From an uncultured bacterium (lineage in GTDB: Bacteria > Planctomycetota > UBA1135 > GCA-002686595): DNA of 64,000 nt. Of this stretch, positions 9,895 to 19,723 are shown one piece after another. Each line of letters begins with the position of its first letter. Positions within the stretch are counted from its first letter, which is position 1. Location of the stretch: contig CALSNU010000003.1 of NCBI GenBank assembly GCA_943787795.1, positions 448,001 through 512,000 on the forward strand, written 5' to 3'. The notes under the pieces are model-generated. The model was not told the origin of the DNA. It did not search any database and was given only the letters and a program-made list of their open reading frames with translations. The position numbers were made by a program, and so were the translations under genes.

Positions 9895-12800
9895 ATGCCG
9901 AGCCCTCTCCTCGCCGTCCTTCTTGCCGCGTCCGCCACGGCCGCTCCCGCGCTCTCCAAGCCGACCGCCTGCGCTCCGAATCAGGAGGTTTCCGACGAGG
10001 CGCGCCAGGTCCTGTCGCGCATGCAGATCCCCGAGGGGTTCCGGGTCGAGATCTTCGCCAGCGAGCCGATGCTCGCCAATCCGGTGGCGTTCTGCTTCGA
10101 CGTCTTCGGTCGCGTCTACGTGGCGGAGACCTTTCGTCACCACAAGGGCGTCACGGACATTCGGAGCCACATGGGCTGGCTCGAGGACGACCTCGCCATC
10201 AAGACGGTGGAGGACCGGGTCGCGATGTTTCGCAAGCACGAGGGGGAGGACGGGCTGCGGGATGGGTACTCGGTGGAGACCGAGCGGATCACCCGGCTGG
10301 TGGACACGGATGGAGATGGGGTGGCCGACGAGGCCACGGCCTTCGCCGCGGACTTTGCAGACCCTGCCGCAGGGATTGGAGCGGGGCTCCTCGCGCGGCG
10401 GCGGCTGGACGGTGGGACGGAGCTCTGGTTCACCTGCATCCCTGATCTCTGGCGCCTGTTCGACGAGGACGGCGACGGCGTCGCCGAGCGCATGGACCAG
10501 CACAGCACGGGGTACGGCTTGCGTGTCGCGCTCCTCGGCCATGACCTGCACGGACTGGTGATCGGCCCGGACGGCCGGCTGTACTTTTCCATCGGAGACC
10601 GCGGGTTCAATGTGACGACGGACGAGGGCGAGCGGCTCGTCAGGTTCGGGACCGGCGCGGTCTTCCGCTGCGAGCTGGATGGCTCCGGGCTGGAGCTCTT
10701 CTGTGACGGGCTACGGAACCCCCAGGAGCTGGTCTTCGACACGAGCGGGAATCTCTTCACCCTCGACAACAACTCGGACGGCGGCGACAAGGCGCGCTGG
10801 ACCTACCTGCTCAGGGACAGCGACACCGGCTGGCGCCAGGCCTACCAATGGGTGCAGCGGCCGACCGCGCGGGGCCCCTGGAACCAGGAGCGCCTCTGGT
10901 ATCCCTACTTCGAGGGGCAGGCGCTCTACATCCTCCCGCCCATCGCGAACTTCACCAGCGGCCCGTCGGGCATCACGACGTACCCCGGAACCGGCTGGGG
11001 GGAACCGTTGGCACGACACGTTCTTTGTGTGCGACTTCCGCGGGAACCCGGGCTACAGCGGTATCTACTCGTTCCGAAATGCCGCCGAGGGCGCGGGTTT
11101 CCAGTCCGAGGAGGTGGAGAAGTTTGTCTGGGACGTGCTCCCGACCGATGTGGACTTCGGCGTCGACGGCAACCTGTACTTCTCCGACTGGGTGAGCGGC
11201 TGGAACCAGACGGGCAAGGGCCGCATGTTCCGGGTCGTCCCCGAGGTCCGCGACGAGGCCGAGTCCGGCCTCGTCTCGGAGGTCGCCGCCCTCCTGCAAG
11301 GCGGGCTCGATGGGCTCGACGACGCCGCGCTCCTCGCGCTGTTCGAACACCGGGATCGGCGAGTCCGCCAGGAGGCGCAGCTCTTGATGGCGAGCCGCAT
11401 CCTCTCCGCGGGTGACGACGCCGTGGCCGAGGGCAGCCTCACCCGCCTCCTCGAGGTGGTGACAGACCAGGAGGCCCAGGCCCTTCAGCGGGTCCATGCC
11501 CTCTGGTGTGCGGGGCACGTCGGCCGGCTCATGGGGGCGGGCAGCGTCTCAGCCATGCTGCGCTCCGCGTCGCTGGACCAGGCGCTGCTCGCAGCCCTGG
11601 GCGACCCTGACGCCGAGGTGGTGGCGCAGGCCCTGCGCGTGGCCGCAGAGCGCGAAGCGGTGGACTTCCCCAGGGAGGCCCTGGAGCTGTTGAGGGGCCA
11701 CCCTGAGCCCCGGGTCCGGCTGCTGGCCGCCGAGGCCCTGGGGCGGCCGGGGCTGCCCGAGGACCTGGAGGCTGCCGCCTTCGACGAGCTGGTGGACCTC
11801 CTGGAGTCCGAGGGGCCGGGCGACCCCTGGCTACGCACGGCAGCCATCTGTGCCCTGGATCGCATGGGGCCCTCGGCGCCGGTGTCGGCGCTCGCCGATC
11901 ACCCCGCCGACTTCGTCCGTCAGTGCGCCGTCGTGGTGCTCCGGCGGCGCGGCGATCGTCGGATCGCCAGGTTCCTCGCCGATCCCGCGCCCGCCGTACG
12001 GGCGGAGGCCGCCCGTGGAATCCACGACGCGCGGGTGTCGGCGGCCATGGGGGCGTTGTCCGCTGCGCTCCCCAGCCTCGCGGAAGGTGGCGATACCACC
12101 ACGATCCGGCGTTCTCTCCATGCGTGCCGTGAGGTGGCGACCTACGCCAGCGCCTCGCGCCTGCTCGAGTTCGCTTTGGATGAGCGCGCCGATCGGACCC
12201 TTCGGGCCGAGGCTCTCCGGGTGCTGGCGTCGTGGACCCGTCCGCTCACGCGTGACGGGGTGGTCATGGACCACCGCCCGATCCCCGCAGCCGCGGTGGG
12301 CGACCTCCGCCTGGCGGCGACGGACGTGGACGGCGGCGAGGCGCTGGGCAAGCTGACCCGCAGCCCCTCGCTGGCGGACGCCGCGGTGGGGACGGCCCTG
12401 CTCGAGTTGATCGAGAGCCTGGACGACCCAGCGCTCGACGCTGCGGTCCACCTGGCGGCCGTGGCCGGCCAGGCCGACGCGAATGCTGAGGTCCGCCGAC
12501 GTGCGTACCGGATGCTCTTGCGTCGGGCCCCGGAGGCCTCGGTCACTGCGGACCTCACGGCCCGTTCGGCGGTGCAGGCGGGTAGCCCACTCCGCGCGGC
12601 GGCGCTGCTCGAGGTGCACGGCGCCGCCGCGATCTCGATCGTGGCCGAGGAGGCGCGTGACGGGACCGCCGAGCGCAGGGCAGATGCCCTCCGGGTCCTC
12701 GCGGGCTTCCGGGACGACGCCGCCAGCGCGGCGTTCCTCGATGAGGGCGCGCGGCTCAAGGGCGATGACAGCACGCTGCTCGTGGAGTGGTTGCGGTACG

Positions 12801-13333
12801 CCGGTGGAGCCGAGGACGACGCCGTCAAGAGCGCGGCGGCGGCGATGGAGGCGGAGTGGGAGGCGTCCGAGGACCCCCTCGCCCGCTGGCGCATGTGCCT
12901 GGAGGGCGGTGACGCCGAGCGAGGCCGGCGGATCTTCTCGTCCAAGGCCGAGACGAGCTGCATGAAGTGCCATGTGGTGGGCGACGAGGGGGGCTCCGAG
13001 GCCGGTCCGGCCATGGACGACGTGGGCAAGCGGCTCAGCGCCGAGCAGCTCCTCCGTTCGATCGTCGAGCCCAACGCCGAGATCGCTGCGGGCTATGAGA
13101 GCTGGCTGATCATGACCGACGACGGTGAGACGTTCTCCGGGAGGATCCTCGAGGAGGACGCCGAGGTCCTGCTCCTCGAGACGGCCCAGAAGGAGCAGCT
13201 GGAGTTCGAGATCGTCGAGATCAAGGCTCGCCGCCGGGATGTGTCAGCCATGCCCTCGAACGTGGCCTCTCACCTCTCAAGGTCCGAGATGCGCGACCTG
13301 ATCGCGTTCCTCTCCTCTCTCCGCGGCCAGTGA
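9895..13333 (+). CDS. PVC-type heme-binding CxxCH protein (beta-propeller dehydrogenase + HEAT repeats + cytochrome c), +1 frameshift near G6 at 10997-11002
   Basis: Signal peptide; PEGFRVEIFASEP, GPDGRLYFSIGDRG, GLRNPQEL; HEAT-like helices; CMKCH and VSAMP at the C-terminus. The two ORFs join by removing one base (GWGNRWHDTFFVCDFRG). Confidence 0.88.
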
Positions 13334-13396
13334 GCCCACTGCGCCCCGCCGCGGCGGCGGGCGCGGGCCCGCAGGCTCACCACTCAGTCGAAAGCG

Positions 13397-14455
13397 ATGG
13401 ACACCATCATCATCCGGGCAGACGCGAGCACCGCCCAGGGCACGGGCCACGTCATGCGTTGCCTGGCTCTCACGCTCGCCCTCGAGGAGCACGGTGTGGC
13501 GGTCATCTTGGCGGTCGCAGAGTGCCCCGAGGCCCTAGTGAAGAGGGTTGAGGCGAGCGGCGCCCAGGTGGAGCGCCTCGCGGTCGAGGTGGGGTCCCGC
13601 GAGGACGCGGCGGCCACGCAGGCCCTCGCCCGCCAGTCGGGTGCGGGATGGGTGGTGCTCGACGGCTACAGGTTCGACCTCGCGTTCCAGCGGGCGCTGC
13701 ACGGCGGCGGCTTCAAGCTCGGGTTGGTGGACGACTTCGCCCACCTTGAGGGGTACGAGGTCGACCTGGTCCTCAATCAGAACAGCCACGCGCGAGCGGA
13801 GGACTACCCTGGGGTTCCGGCGCTCCTCCTGGGCCCGAGCCACGCGCTGCTGCGCGCTGAGTTTGTTCAGGCTCTTCACGCTCTTCATGGGCGCGCGGCC
13901 AGATCCCATGAAGGGCCCGTCCAGAGGCTGCTCGTGACCATGGGGGGCTCCGATCCTGGGAACGCGACCACGTGTATTCTGGAGGCGCTGGGAGCCCTTG
14001 GGGACGGGCAGCTTGAGACTCAGGTCCTCGTCGGCGCGGCGAACCCCCATCGAGCTGCCGTGGACGCGATGGCCTCGGGGATCCCGGGGTGCCGAGTGCT
14101 CGATCCGGTGAAGGACATGGTGCCCCTGCTGGAGTGGGCGGATCTCGCGGTTTGTGCAGGGGGCAGTACCCTGTGGGAGATGGCGGCCTTCGGCGTGCCC
14201 GTCGCCTGTGTCATCCTCGCCGAGAACCAGCAGCCGATCGTCGCCGATCTCGAGCAGCGAGGGGTGGTTGTCGACCTCGGCTGGGACCGGGAGCTGGACG
14301 CCGAGCGCTGCGCGAAAGAGCTGGGGTCCCTGCTGGCGGACGGCGCACGCCGGCAGCGAATGAGCGAGCTCGGGCGCAGGCTGGTGGACGGCGCGGGGGC
14401 AGCGCGGGTCGTGGCGGCCCTCGTGGAGGTCACCGGTCAACCTGCCCGGCGCTGA
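13397..14455 (+). CDS. pseG: PseG/SpsG-family UDP-sugar hydrolase / glycosyltransferase
   Basis: IRADASTAQGTGHVMRCLAL, LLGPSHALLRAEF, LVTMGGSDP, AGGSTLWE. Confidence 0.85.
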   Translation: MDTIIIRADASTAQGTGHVMRCLALTLALEEHGVAVILAVAECPEALVKRVEASGAQVERLAVEVGSREDAAATQALARQSGAGWVVLDGYRFDLAFQRALHGGGFKLGLVDDFAHLEGYEVDLVLNQNSHARAEDYPGVPALLLGPSHALLRAEFVQALHALHGRAARSHEGPVQRLLVTMGGSDPGNATTCILEALGALGDGQLETQVLVGAANPHRAAVDAMASGIPGCRVLDPVKDMVPLLEWADLAVCAGGSTLWEMAAFGVPVACVILAENQQPIVADLEQRGVVVDLGWDRELDAERCAKELGSLLADGARRQRMSELGRRLVDGAGAARVVAALVEVTGQPARR

Positions 14456-14569
14456 CGCTGTACTGCGGCTCGTCCTCTGTTCTACCGCACCGTGGGCGAC
14501 CTCTGAGCGCCCCTTCCGCGAGAGTGGATCCCTGACGTGCGCCCTTCAGCGGCGGGAGCGTGTCGTGCC

Positions 14570-14672
14570 CTGGGGGCTGGGTGCCTGGGGCCTCGGGGGC
14601 CTGGGGGCCCGGGTGCCTGGGGGACTGGGTGCCTGGGGGACTGGGTGCCTGACGGACTGGGTTGCTGGGCCC
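14570..14672. repeat. Intergenic G-rich tandem repeat, 8-nt period (consensus CTGGGKGC), about 13 degenerate copies
   Basis: ctgggggc tgggtgc ctggggcc tcgggggc ctgggggc ccgggtgc ctggggga ctgggtgc ctggggga ctgggtgc ctgacgga ctgggttg ctgggccc. Confidence 0.85.
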
Positions 14673-14922
14673 CCAGGAGACCGGGCTTGCTGGGCCCGCG
14701 GAAGACGGGGAGACGGGGCTTGGGGGCTGCGGTGAGGCGTGCCGGTGGGCTGAGGGGCTCGGAGGTCGTCTTGCGGGGCGCCAGGCGCCGTTCGGGGTAG
14801 AGCGATGTTGCCCGGGTCTCTCGCTTGGGGACTGGGCCGAGGAGGGATCCAAGGGGTGCTCAAGGGCTCGTGGCGGTGCGGTCGACGTTTCCCTTGTCGC
14901 CCTACGCGGGCGCACTATCCCC

Positions 14923-15957
14923 ATGGCCAACCCCGGAACGCTGAGCTTCAATCCGAGCGGCACGCCGCTGTTCACGGACGACGAGGTTCGTTCGCTGATG
15001 CAGATCGAATTTGATCGAGCGCAGCGCTATCGCTATCCGGTGGCCTGCCTGCTGATCGAGATCGACCGGCTCCGGGATATCCAGACCATGCACGGCTTCG
15101 ATGCGCGGCTGACGATCCTCCAGGCGCTGGTCGAGCTGCTGCAGGGCGAGACCCGAGCGGGGGACCTGCTGGGCACCGTGGTCGATGATCGCCTGATGGT
15201 GCTCATCCCGCACACCATGCCCGCCGCCGCACGAGCGATCAGTGAGCGGGTGCTGAGCGGCGCGCGCCAGATGGAGTTCGTCATCGGCGGCAAGTCGATC
15301 CGCGTGACCGCGTCCATTGGCGTAGCGCACAACCAGGACGATGCGGCGAACTCGGTCGCCACCCTGGAGCGCGTGGCCGAGGAGGGCCTCGCCGTCGCCG
15401 TCGGGAATGGCGGGGGTCAGGTCGCCCAGACCGAGCTCTACGAGCTGTACGAGAAGGAGCCGGCGCCAGAGGCCCCCGCCGTAGGTGACGTGGAGGAGCT
15501 GCTCGCCAGGGCCGAGAGCATGGGGTACCGGCAGCGCCTTGAAGGGCTCGTGGCCGGCGGTGCCCCGCTGGAGTCGGCGGCCCAGGAGGTCGCCAACGAG
15601 GTCGTCCAGCGCGCTGTTCAGCAGGAGCGCGAGCGCTGGAGCCGGGATCTCGAGATGGCGAATGCGCGGATCGAGGCCATGTCGACGACGCTCAAGCAGG
15701 GGGGCGATCGTGCAGGTGTGGACCGGGACCTCCAGCAGCTCAATCGGCGCATCGAGAAGCTCACGCGCTCCCTCGAGACCACCGAGGCCGAGATCGCGCG
15801 ACTGCGCGCGGCGGGCTCCACGGACGAGGGGGTGGCCTCGGTCTATCGCGAGGTCCAGGGGCTCGACAGCGACGAGAACCGCGCGGACCTCAAGCGCGAC
15901 CTGATGGGTGCGATCTTCCAGGCCAACCTGGACCTGCAGTCGCGTCGCAGCGCCTGA
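14923..15957 (+). CDS. Degenerate GGDEF-domain protein with coiled coil and C-terminal 'FQANLDL' domain
   Basis: EFDRAQRYRYPVACLLIEID...HGF...RAGDLLGTVVDDRLMVLIP...VTASIGVA follows the GGDEF fold, with GGDEF replaced by VDDRL. Confidence 0.85.
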   Translation: MANPGTLSFNPSGTPLFTDDEVRSLMQIEFDRAQRYRYPVACLLIEIDRLRDIQTMHGFDARLTILQALVELLQGETRAGDLLGTVVDDRLMVLIPHTMPAAARAISERVLSGARQMEFVIGGKSIRVTASIGVAHNQDDAANSVATLERVAEEGLAVAVGNGGGQVAQTELYELYEKEPAPEAPAVGDVEELLARAESMGYRQRLEGLVAGGAPLESAAQEVANEVVQRAVQQERERWSRDLEMANARIEAMSTTLKQGGDRAGVDRDLQQLNRRIEKLTRSLETTEAEIARLRAAGSTDEGVASVYREVQGLDSDENRADLKRDLMGAIFQANLDLQSRRSA

Positions 15958-15970
15958 GGCTAGTGCAAGC

Positions 15971-16011
15971 AGAGCGCCCGCGCCGCCCTCTTGGGGCGAC
16001 GCGGGCGCTCT
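15971..16011. terminator. Strong hairpin between convergent genes, likely bidirectional terminator
   Basis: AGAGCGCCCGCG-c-CGCCC / loop / GGGCG-a-CGCGGGCGCTCT inverted repeat followed by CGTTTA. Confidence 0.65.
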
Positions 16012-16047
16012 CGTTTATGGCCGGATTCGAGCCCGGTCAGGTGCGGA

Positions 16048-17634
16048 TCACGGGCAGAAGAGCACGGACATCGCGTTGCTGAAGTTGAACGTCGGCGCCC
16101 CGGCGACGTTGTCGCGGAAGAAGCACTGGAAGTTCAGCGTCATGCCCGGGAGGATCGCCCCGGGGCCCGACGACTGGTTCGGGTCCGTGAAGTCCACGGC
16201 CCGCGCCACGCTGCCGAGGATGCCCGCCTGGACCGCGGGGTAGAGTCGCACCGCGGGCATCTGGGCGGTGCCCATCACGCAGAGGTTGCCGAGCCCGCTC
16301 GGAGCCTGCGTCTGAACCGGCCCGTAGAAGAAGAGCCCGACGGTGAAGGACGGGAGGCCGGAGGCGGCGATGACGAAGTTGTTGTCCGTGATGCTCGCGG
16401 AGCCGGTGGCGGCGATCTGTGCCGGCGCGCCGGAGCTGCCCGCGTTGGAGGAGCAGTAGGTCGTGAAGCCGCAGGCGGGCGGCTCTTCGGTGATCTTCCA
16501 GATGCGGCCGCCGCTCTGGGTGACGATGTAGACCTCGCCGTCGTGGTCCTCACCGAAGGAGCTGATCGAGCTGATCGAGCCGGAGGTCGGGCGCAGCTCG
16601 ACGGTGCGGTCCGTGAAGTTCTGAACCGAGCTCCCGTCGTACTCGATGCTCCAGATCCTGTTCGAGCAGTAGTCCGCGTAGAAGTACGTGCCCTGGAGGC
16701 TCGGGATCGCGCTGCCGCGGTAGATCATCCCGCCGGTCACGCTGCAGCCCTGGCCGTGGTTGTATTCGAAGATCGGATCGAGGAGCGCGGAGTTGGTGCA
16801 GCTGCAGCCGGACAGGCCCGTGCAGCGGGTCCCTTCCTTGCAGCGCCAGCCGAGGTTTTGGCCAGCCTGGCCAGCCGGGATGAAGTCGATCTCCTCCCGT
16901 TGGTTCTGGCCGACGTCGGCGATCCACATGTCACCGGTGGCGCGGTCGAAGGTGAAGCGCCAGGGGTTACGCAGGCCGAGGTGGTAGATCTCGTTGCGGA
17001 CCGAGCTGTTGCCGAGGAAGGGGTTGTCCGCGGGGATGAACGGCGACGCGATGTCCACGTCATAGCGAAGCATCTTGCCCAGCAGCTGCTGACCGTTCTG
17101 GGCGCGGCCATTCGGGTCGTTGCCGGAGCCGCCGTCGCCCAGACCGAAGTAGAGCTTCCCGTCGGGGCCGAACTTGATGCAGCCGCCGTTGTGGTTGGAG
17201 AAGTCCTGGTTGACCTGCGAGATGAACTGAACGCGGGTCGGGTCGGCGACGTTCGGGTCGGAGGACACCGCATACTCGGCGACCCGTGAGTTGCCGGAGT
17301 TGTTGGTGTAGCTGACGAAGAAGCGCCCGTTCGTCATGTAGTCCGGGTGGAACGCGAGGCCGAGGAGGCCGCGCTCGCCGCCGGAGGCGACCTCGGGGTT
17401 GATGTTGAGGAACGGGGTGGTGATCAGCGTCCCGTTCTCGATGACGCGCACGCGGCCTGCCTGCTCGATGACGAAGATCCTTGAAGGGTCCCCGGGAGCG
17501 AACGTGAGGTCGGTCGGGTTCTGGAGGCCCGAGACGAAGAGCTCGGTGGTCAGCGGGGCCTGCGCGGAGGCGGGCGCTGTGATCAGCAGGCCGAGGCCGG
17601 CGAGTGCAGAGGCGAGGAGTGTGCGAAGCATCAT
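16048..17634 (-). CDS. Secreted PQQ-dependent sugar (glucose/sorbosone) dehydrogenase-like beta-propeller with extra C-terminal Cys-containing domain
   Basis: GERGLLGLAFHPDY, NHNGGCIKFGPDGKLYFGLGDGG, GLRNPWRFTFD, SSFGEDHDGEVY; signal peptide. Confidence 0.9.
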   Translation of the reverse strand: MMLRTLLASALAGLGLLITAPASAQAPLTTELFVSGLQNPTDLTFAPGDPSRIFVIEQAGRVRVIENGTLITTPFLNINPEVASGGERGLLGLAFHPDYMTNGRFFVSYTNNSGNSRVAEYAVSSDPNVADPTRVQFISQVNQDFSNHNGGCIKFGPDGKLYFGLGDGGSGNDPNGRAQNGQQLLGKMLRYDVDIASPFIPADNPFLGNSSVRNEIYHLGLRNPWRFTFDRATGDMWIADVGQNQREEIDFIPAGQAGQNLGWRCKEGTRCTGLSGCSCTNSALLDPIFEYNHGQGCSVTGGMIYRGSAIPSLQGTYFYADYCSNRIWSIEYDGSSVQNFTDRTVELRPTSGSISSISSFGEDHDGEVYIVTQSGGRIWKITEEPPACGFTTYCSSNAGSSGAPAQIAATGSASITDNNFVIAASGLPSFTVGLFFYGPVQTQAPSGLGNLCVMGTAQMPAVRLYPAVQAGILGSVARAVDFTDPNQSSGPGAILPGMTLNFQCFFRDNVAGAPTFNFSNAMSVLFCP

Positions 17635-17905
17635 GGGCGTCCGTGGGACGTGGAGCGGAAAGCGAGGGCCGGGAGGGCTCTCGGACTCATGGGGCCAGGA
17701 GAAGGGGCCTTGGGCCCGGTCTAAGACCTGAGCTTCAAGGGAGGGAATGCGGGTGTCAAGCGCGACGATGTGCCGTCCTCAGGGAACTCCCACGATTGGT
17801 GGAGGCGATCGTACCCCTGGAGGTTCCCACTCTTGAGTCTATCCCGGTCTGCCCTGGCGGCTACATTCCCTGAACCTCGCGCTCCGGCGAGCCCATATCT
17901 GCGAC

Positions 17906-19390
17906 ATGACGCTCCGTATGCCCCGCTGGCTGCCTCCTCTCGCCCTGCTTGGCCTCGCGGCCTCCTGCGGGGAGGGAGGTGCGTCCAGGCCCCGGAACGT
18001 GCTCCTGATCACCATGGATACGACCCGGGCGGACCACCTGGGCGCGTACGGTCAGGTCCGATTCGAGACACCTGCCCTGGACGCGTTGGCTTCCGAGGGG
18101 GTGGTCTTCGAGCAGTGCAGCTCCGCAGCCGCGACGACGCTGAGCTCCCACGCGTCCCTCATGACGGGCGCCTATCCGCTGCGACATGGTGTCGTTCGCA
18201 ACGGGTTCAGCGTGCATCCCTCCAACAGGACGCTGGCGGAGGCCCTCAGTGACGCCGGGTTCCGGTGCGCCGCGTTCGTCGCGTCCTCTGCGCTGGTCTC
18301 GGCCACCGGGATGAACCAGGGCTTCGGCGTCTACGACGAGCGCCTCGACCTCCCCGCCTCACCGGGCGGAAACGACCAGGCGCAGCGCCGCGCGGGCTCC
18401 GTCACCGACGCGGTGCTCGCGCACGTGGACGAGCAAGAGGCTGCCGGAGCAGAAGGAGGCCTCTTCCTCTTTGCCCACTACTTCGACCCCCACGCTCCCT
18501 ACGGGGCCCCGGGTTCGGGGGACGTGGGCGGCTTCGGGGACATCGAGTCCGCCGTTGGCGCGCAGCAGCAGCGCGTGCTCGGAGAGGGACCCGGCCAGCA
18601 GGCGGTGATCGGCGGCGGGCTGCCCGCAGCCCTCGCCGGGCCGACGGGCGCCGTCCCGAGCCCTGCGGACGAGCGCCTGGCTGCCCTCTATGGCGCGGAG
18701 GTCGAGTACATGGACGGGGAGATCGGGCGGCTATTGGCCGGGCTGGCGTCCCGGGGCGTGCTCGAGGAGACCCTGGTGGTGATCACCGCGGATCACGGCG
18801 AGACGTTCTGGGAGCAGGGCAACTTCTGGAATCACGGGCTCTGGGTCGGAGAGACGGACGTGCACGTGCCGCTCATCGTCCGCGGCCCCGGCGCGGCCCG
18901 CGGCGCCCGGGTCTCCACGCCGGTCTCAGGGGTCGACGTGGCGCCGACGATCCTGGATGCGGTCGGGCTGGCGCCGGGGCCGGGCGATGACCCGGGCCGC
19001 GGCCGGAGCCTCCTCCCTGCCCTGAGCGGCGCGGAGATGCCTCGGCGAGCCGTGTTCTCCGAGGCGACTCAGCCCGGACCCCGCCTCGAGGGGGCCGAGG
19101 GTCTCCCCTGGGCCGGGGCCGCCAAGCCCCAGGCGGTCCGCCTCGGTCCGTGGAAACTGGTCAAGGCGCCTTACCTCGGCGTGCGTCAGCTCTTCGACCT
19201 CGCCAGTGATCCGGGAGAGCGCCGGGACCTCCTCGCGGACCCTGTGTTGACGCCCACGTCGCGGGACGCGCTCGAGGACCTGGAGCGTGCCCACGCGGTC
19301 TGGGTCGGCGCCGCCGCGCCGCGGCCCTCTGCCTACGACCCGGACCAGGCTGAGGCGCTCCGCAGCCTCGGGTACGGCGGCGATCGGTGA
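17906..19390 (+). CDS. Sulfatase-like hydrolase/transferase (alkaline phosphatase superfamily), probable lipoprotein
   Basis: NVLLITMDTTRADHL, TLSSHASLMTG, FAHYFDPHAPY, ITADHGE, LRSLGY; lipobox-like LAASC. Confidence 0.88.
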   Translation: MTLRMPRWLPPLALLGLAASCGEGGASRPRNVLLITMDTTRADHLGAYGQVRFETPALDALASEGVVFEQCSSAAATTLSSHASLMTGAYPLRHGVVRNGFSVHPSNRTLAEALSDAGFRCAAFVASSALVSATGMNQGFGVYDERLDLPASPGGNDQAQRRAGSVTDAVLAHVDEQEAAGAEGGLFLFAHYFDPHAPYGAPGSGDVGGFGDIESAVGAQQQRVLGEGPGQQAVIGGGLPAALAGPTGAVPSPADERLAALYGAEVEYMDGEIGRLLAGLASRGVLEETLVVITADHGETFWEQGNFWNHGLWVGETDVHVPLIVRGPGAARGARVSTPVSGVDVAPTILDAVGLAPGPGDDPGRGRSLLPALSGAEMPRRAVFSEATQPGPRLEGAEGLPWAGAAKPQAVRLGPWKLVKAPYLGVRQLFDLASDPGERRDLLADPVLTPTSRDALEDLERAHAVWVGAAAPRPSAYDPDQAEALRSLGYGGDR

Positions 19391-19422
19391 ACCTCCGTCG
19401 CGGCGCCTGCTCGCGCGGCTCT

Positions 19423-19578
19423 CAGCGCAGTGACCTTCAGTCCGCGTGACGGGCACCCGGGCGACTCACGATGCCAGACCGAGTGGCCCGCGGGAAGGCG
19501 CCAAACGGTCAGGCGACGACCCTGCCGGCCAGCTCCAGGGCTTGTCACCGAGTTCAAGAGGGCCTGCTTCACTCGCTG
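19423..19578. ncRNA. Candidate rod-shaped structured RNA (6S-like?)
   Basis: Ends complementary (CAGCGcAGTGA / TCACTCGCTG), inner stem GCCaGACCG / CGGTCaGGC, and a GTTCAAG segment reminiscent of ssrS. Judged by eye only. Confidence 0.2.
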
Positions 19579-19723
19579 CGTTGGTCCGAAGCGCAGCGCT
19601 CAATGGGGGAGCCACGCCCACCCGGGCTCCGCCGTCCAGGCCATCGCAATCGGCGAGCATCCCGGGGGCCTCCGCCATCGGCGGTCATTCCCCCCCCCGC
19701 GGTCGTCAGCCGCGCGGGATGGG

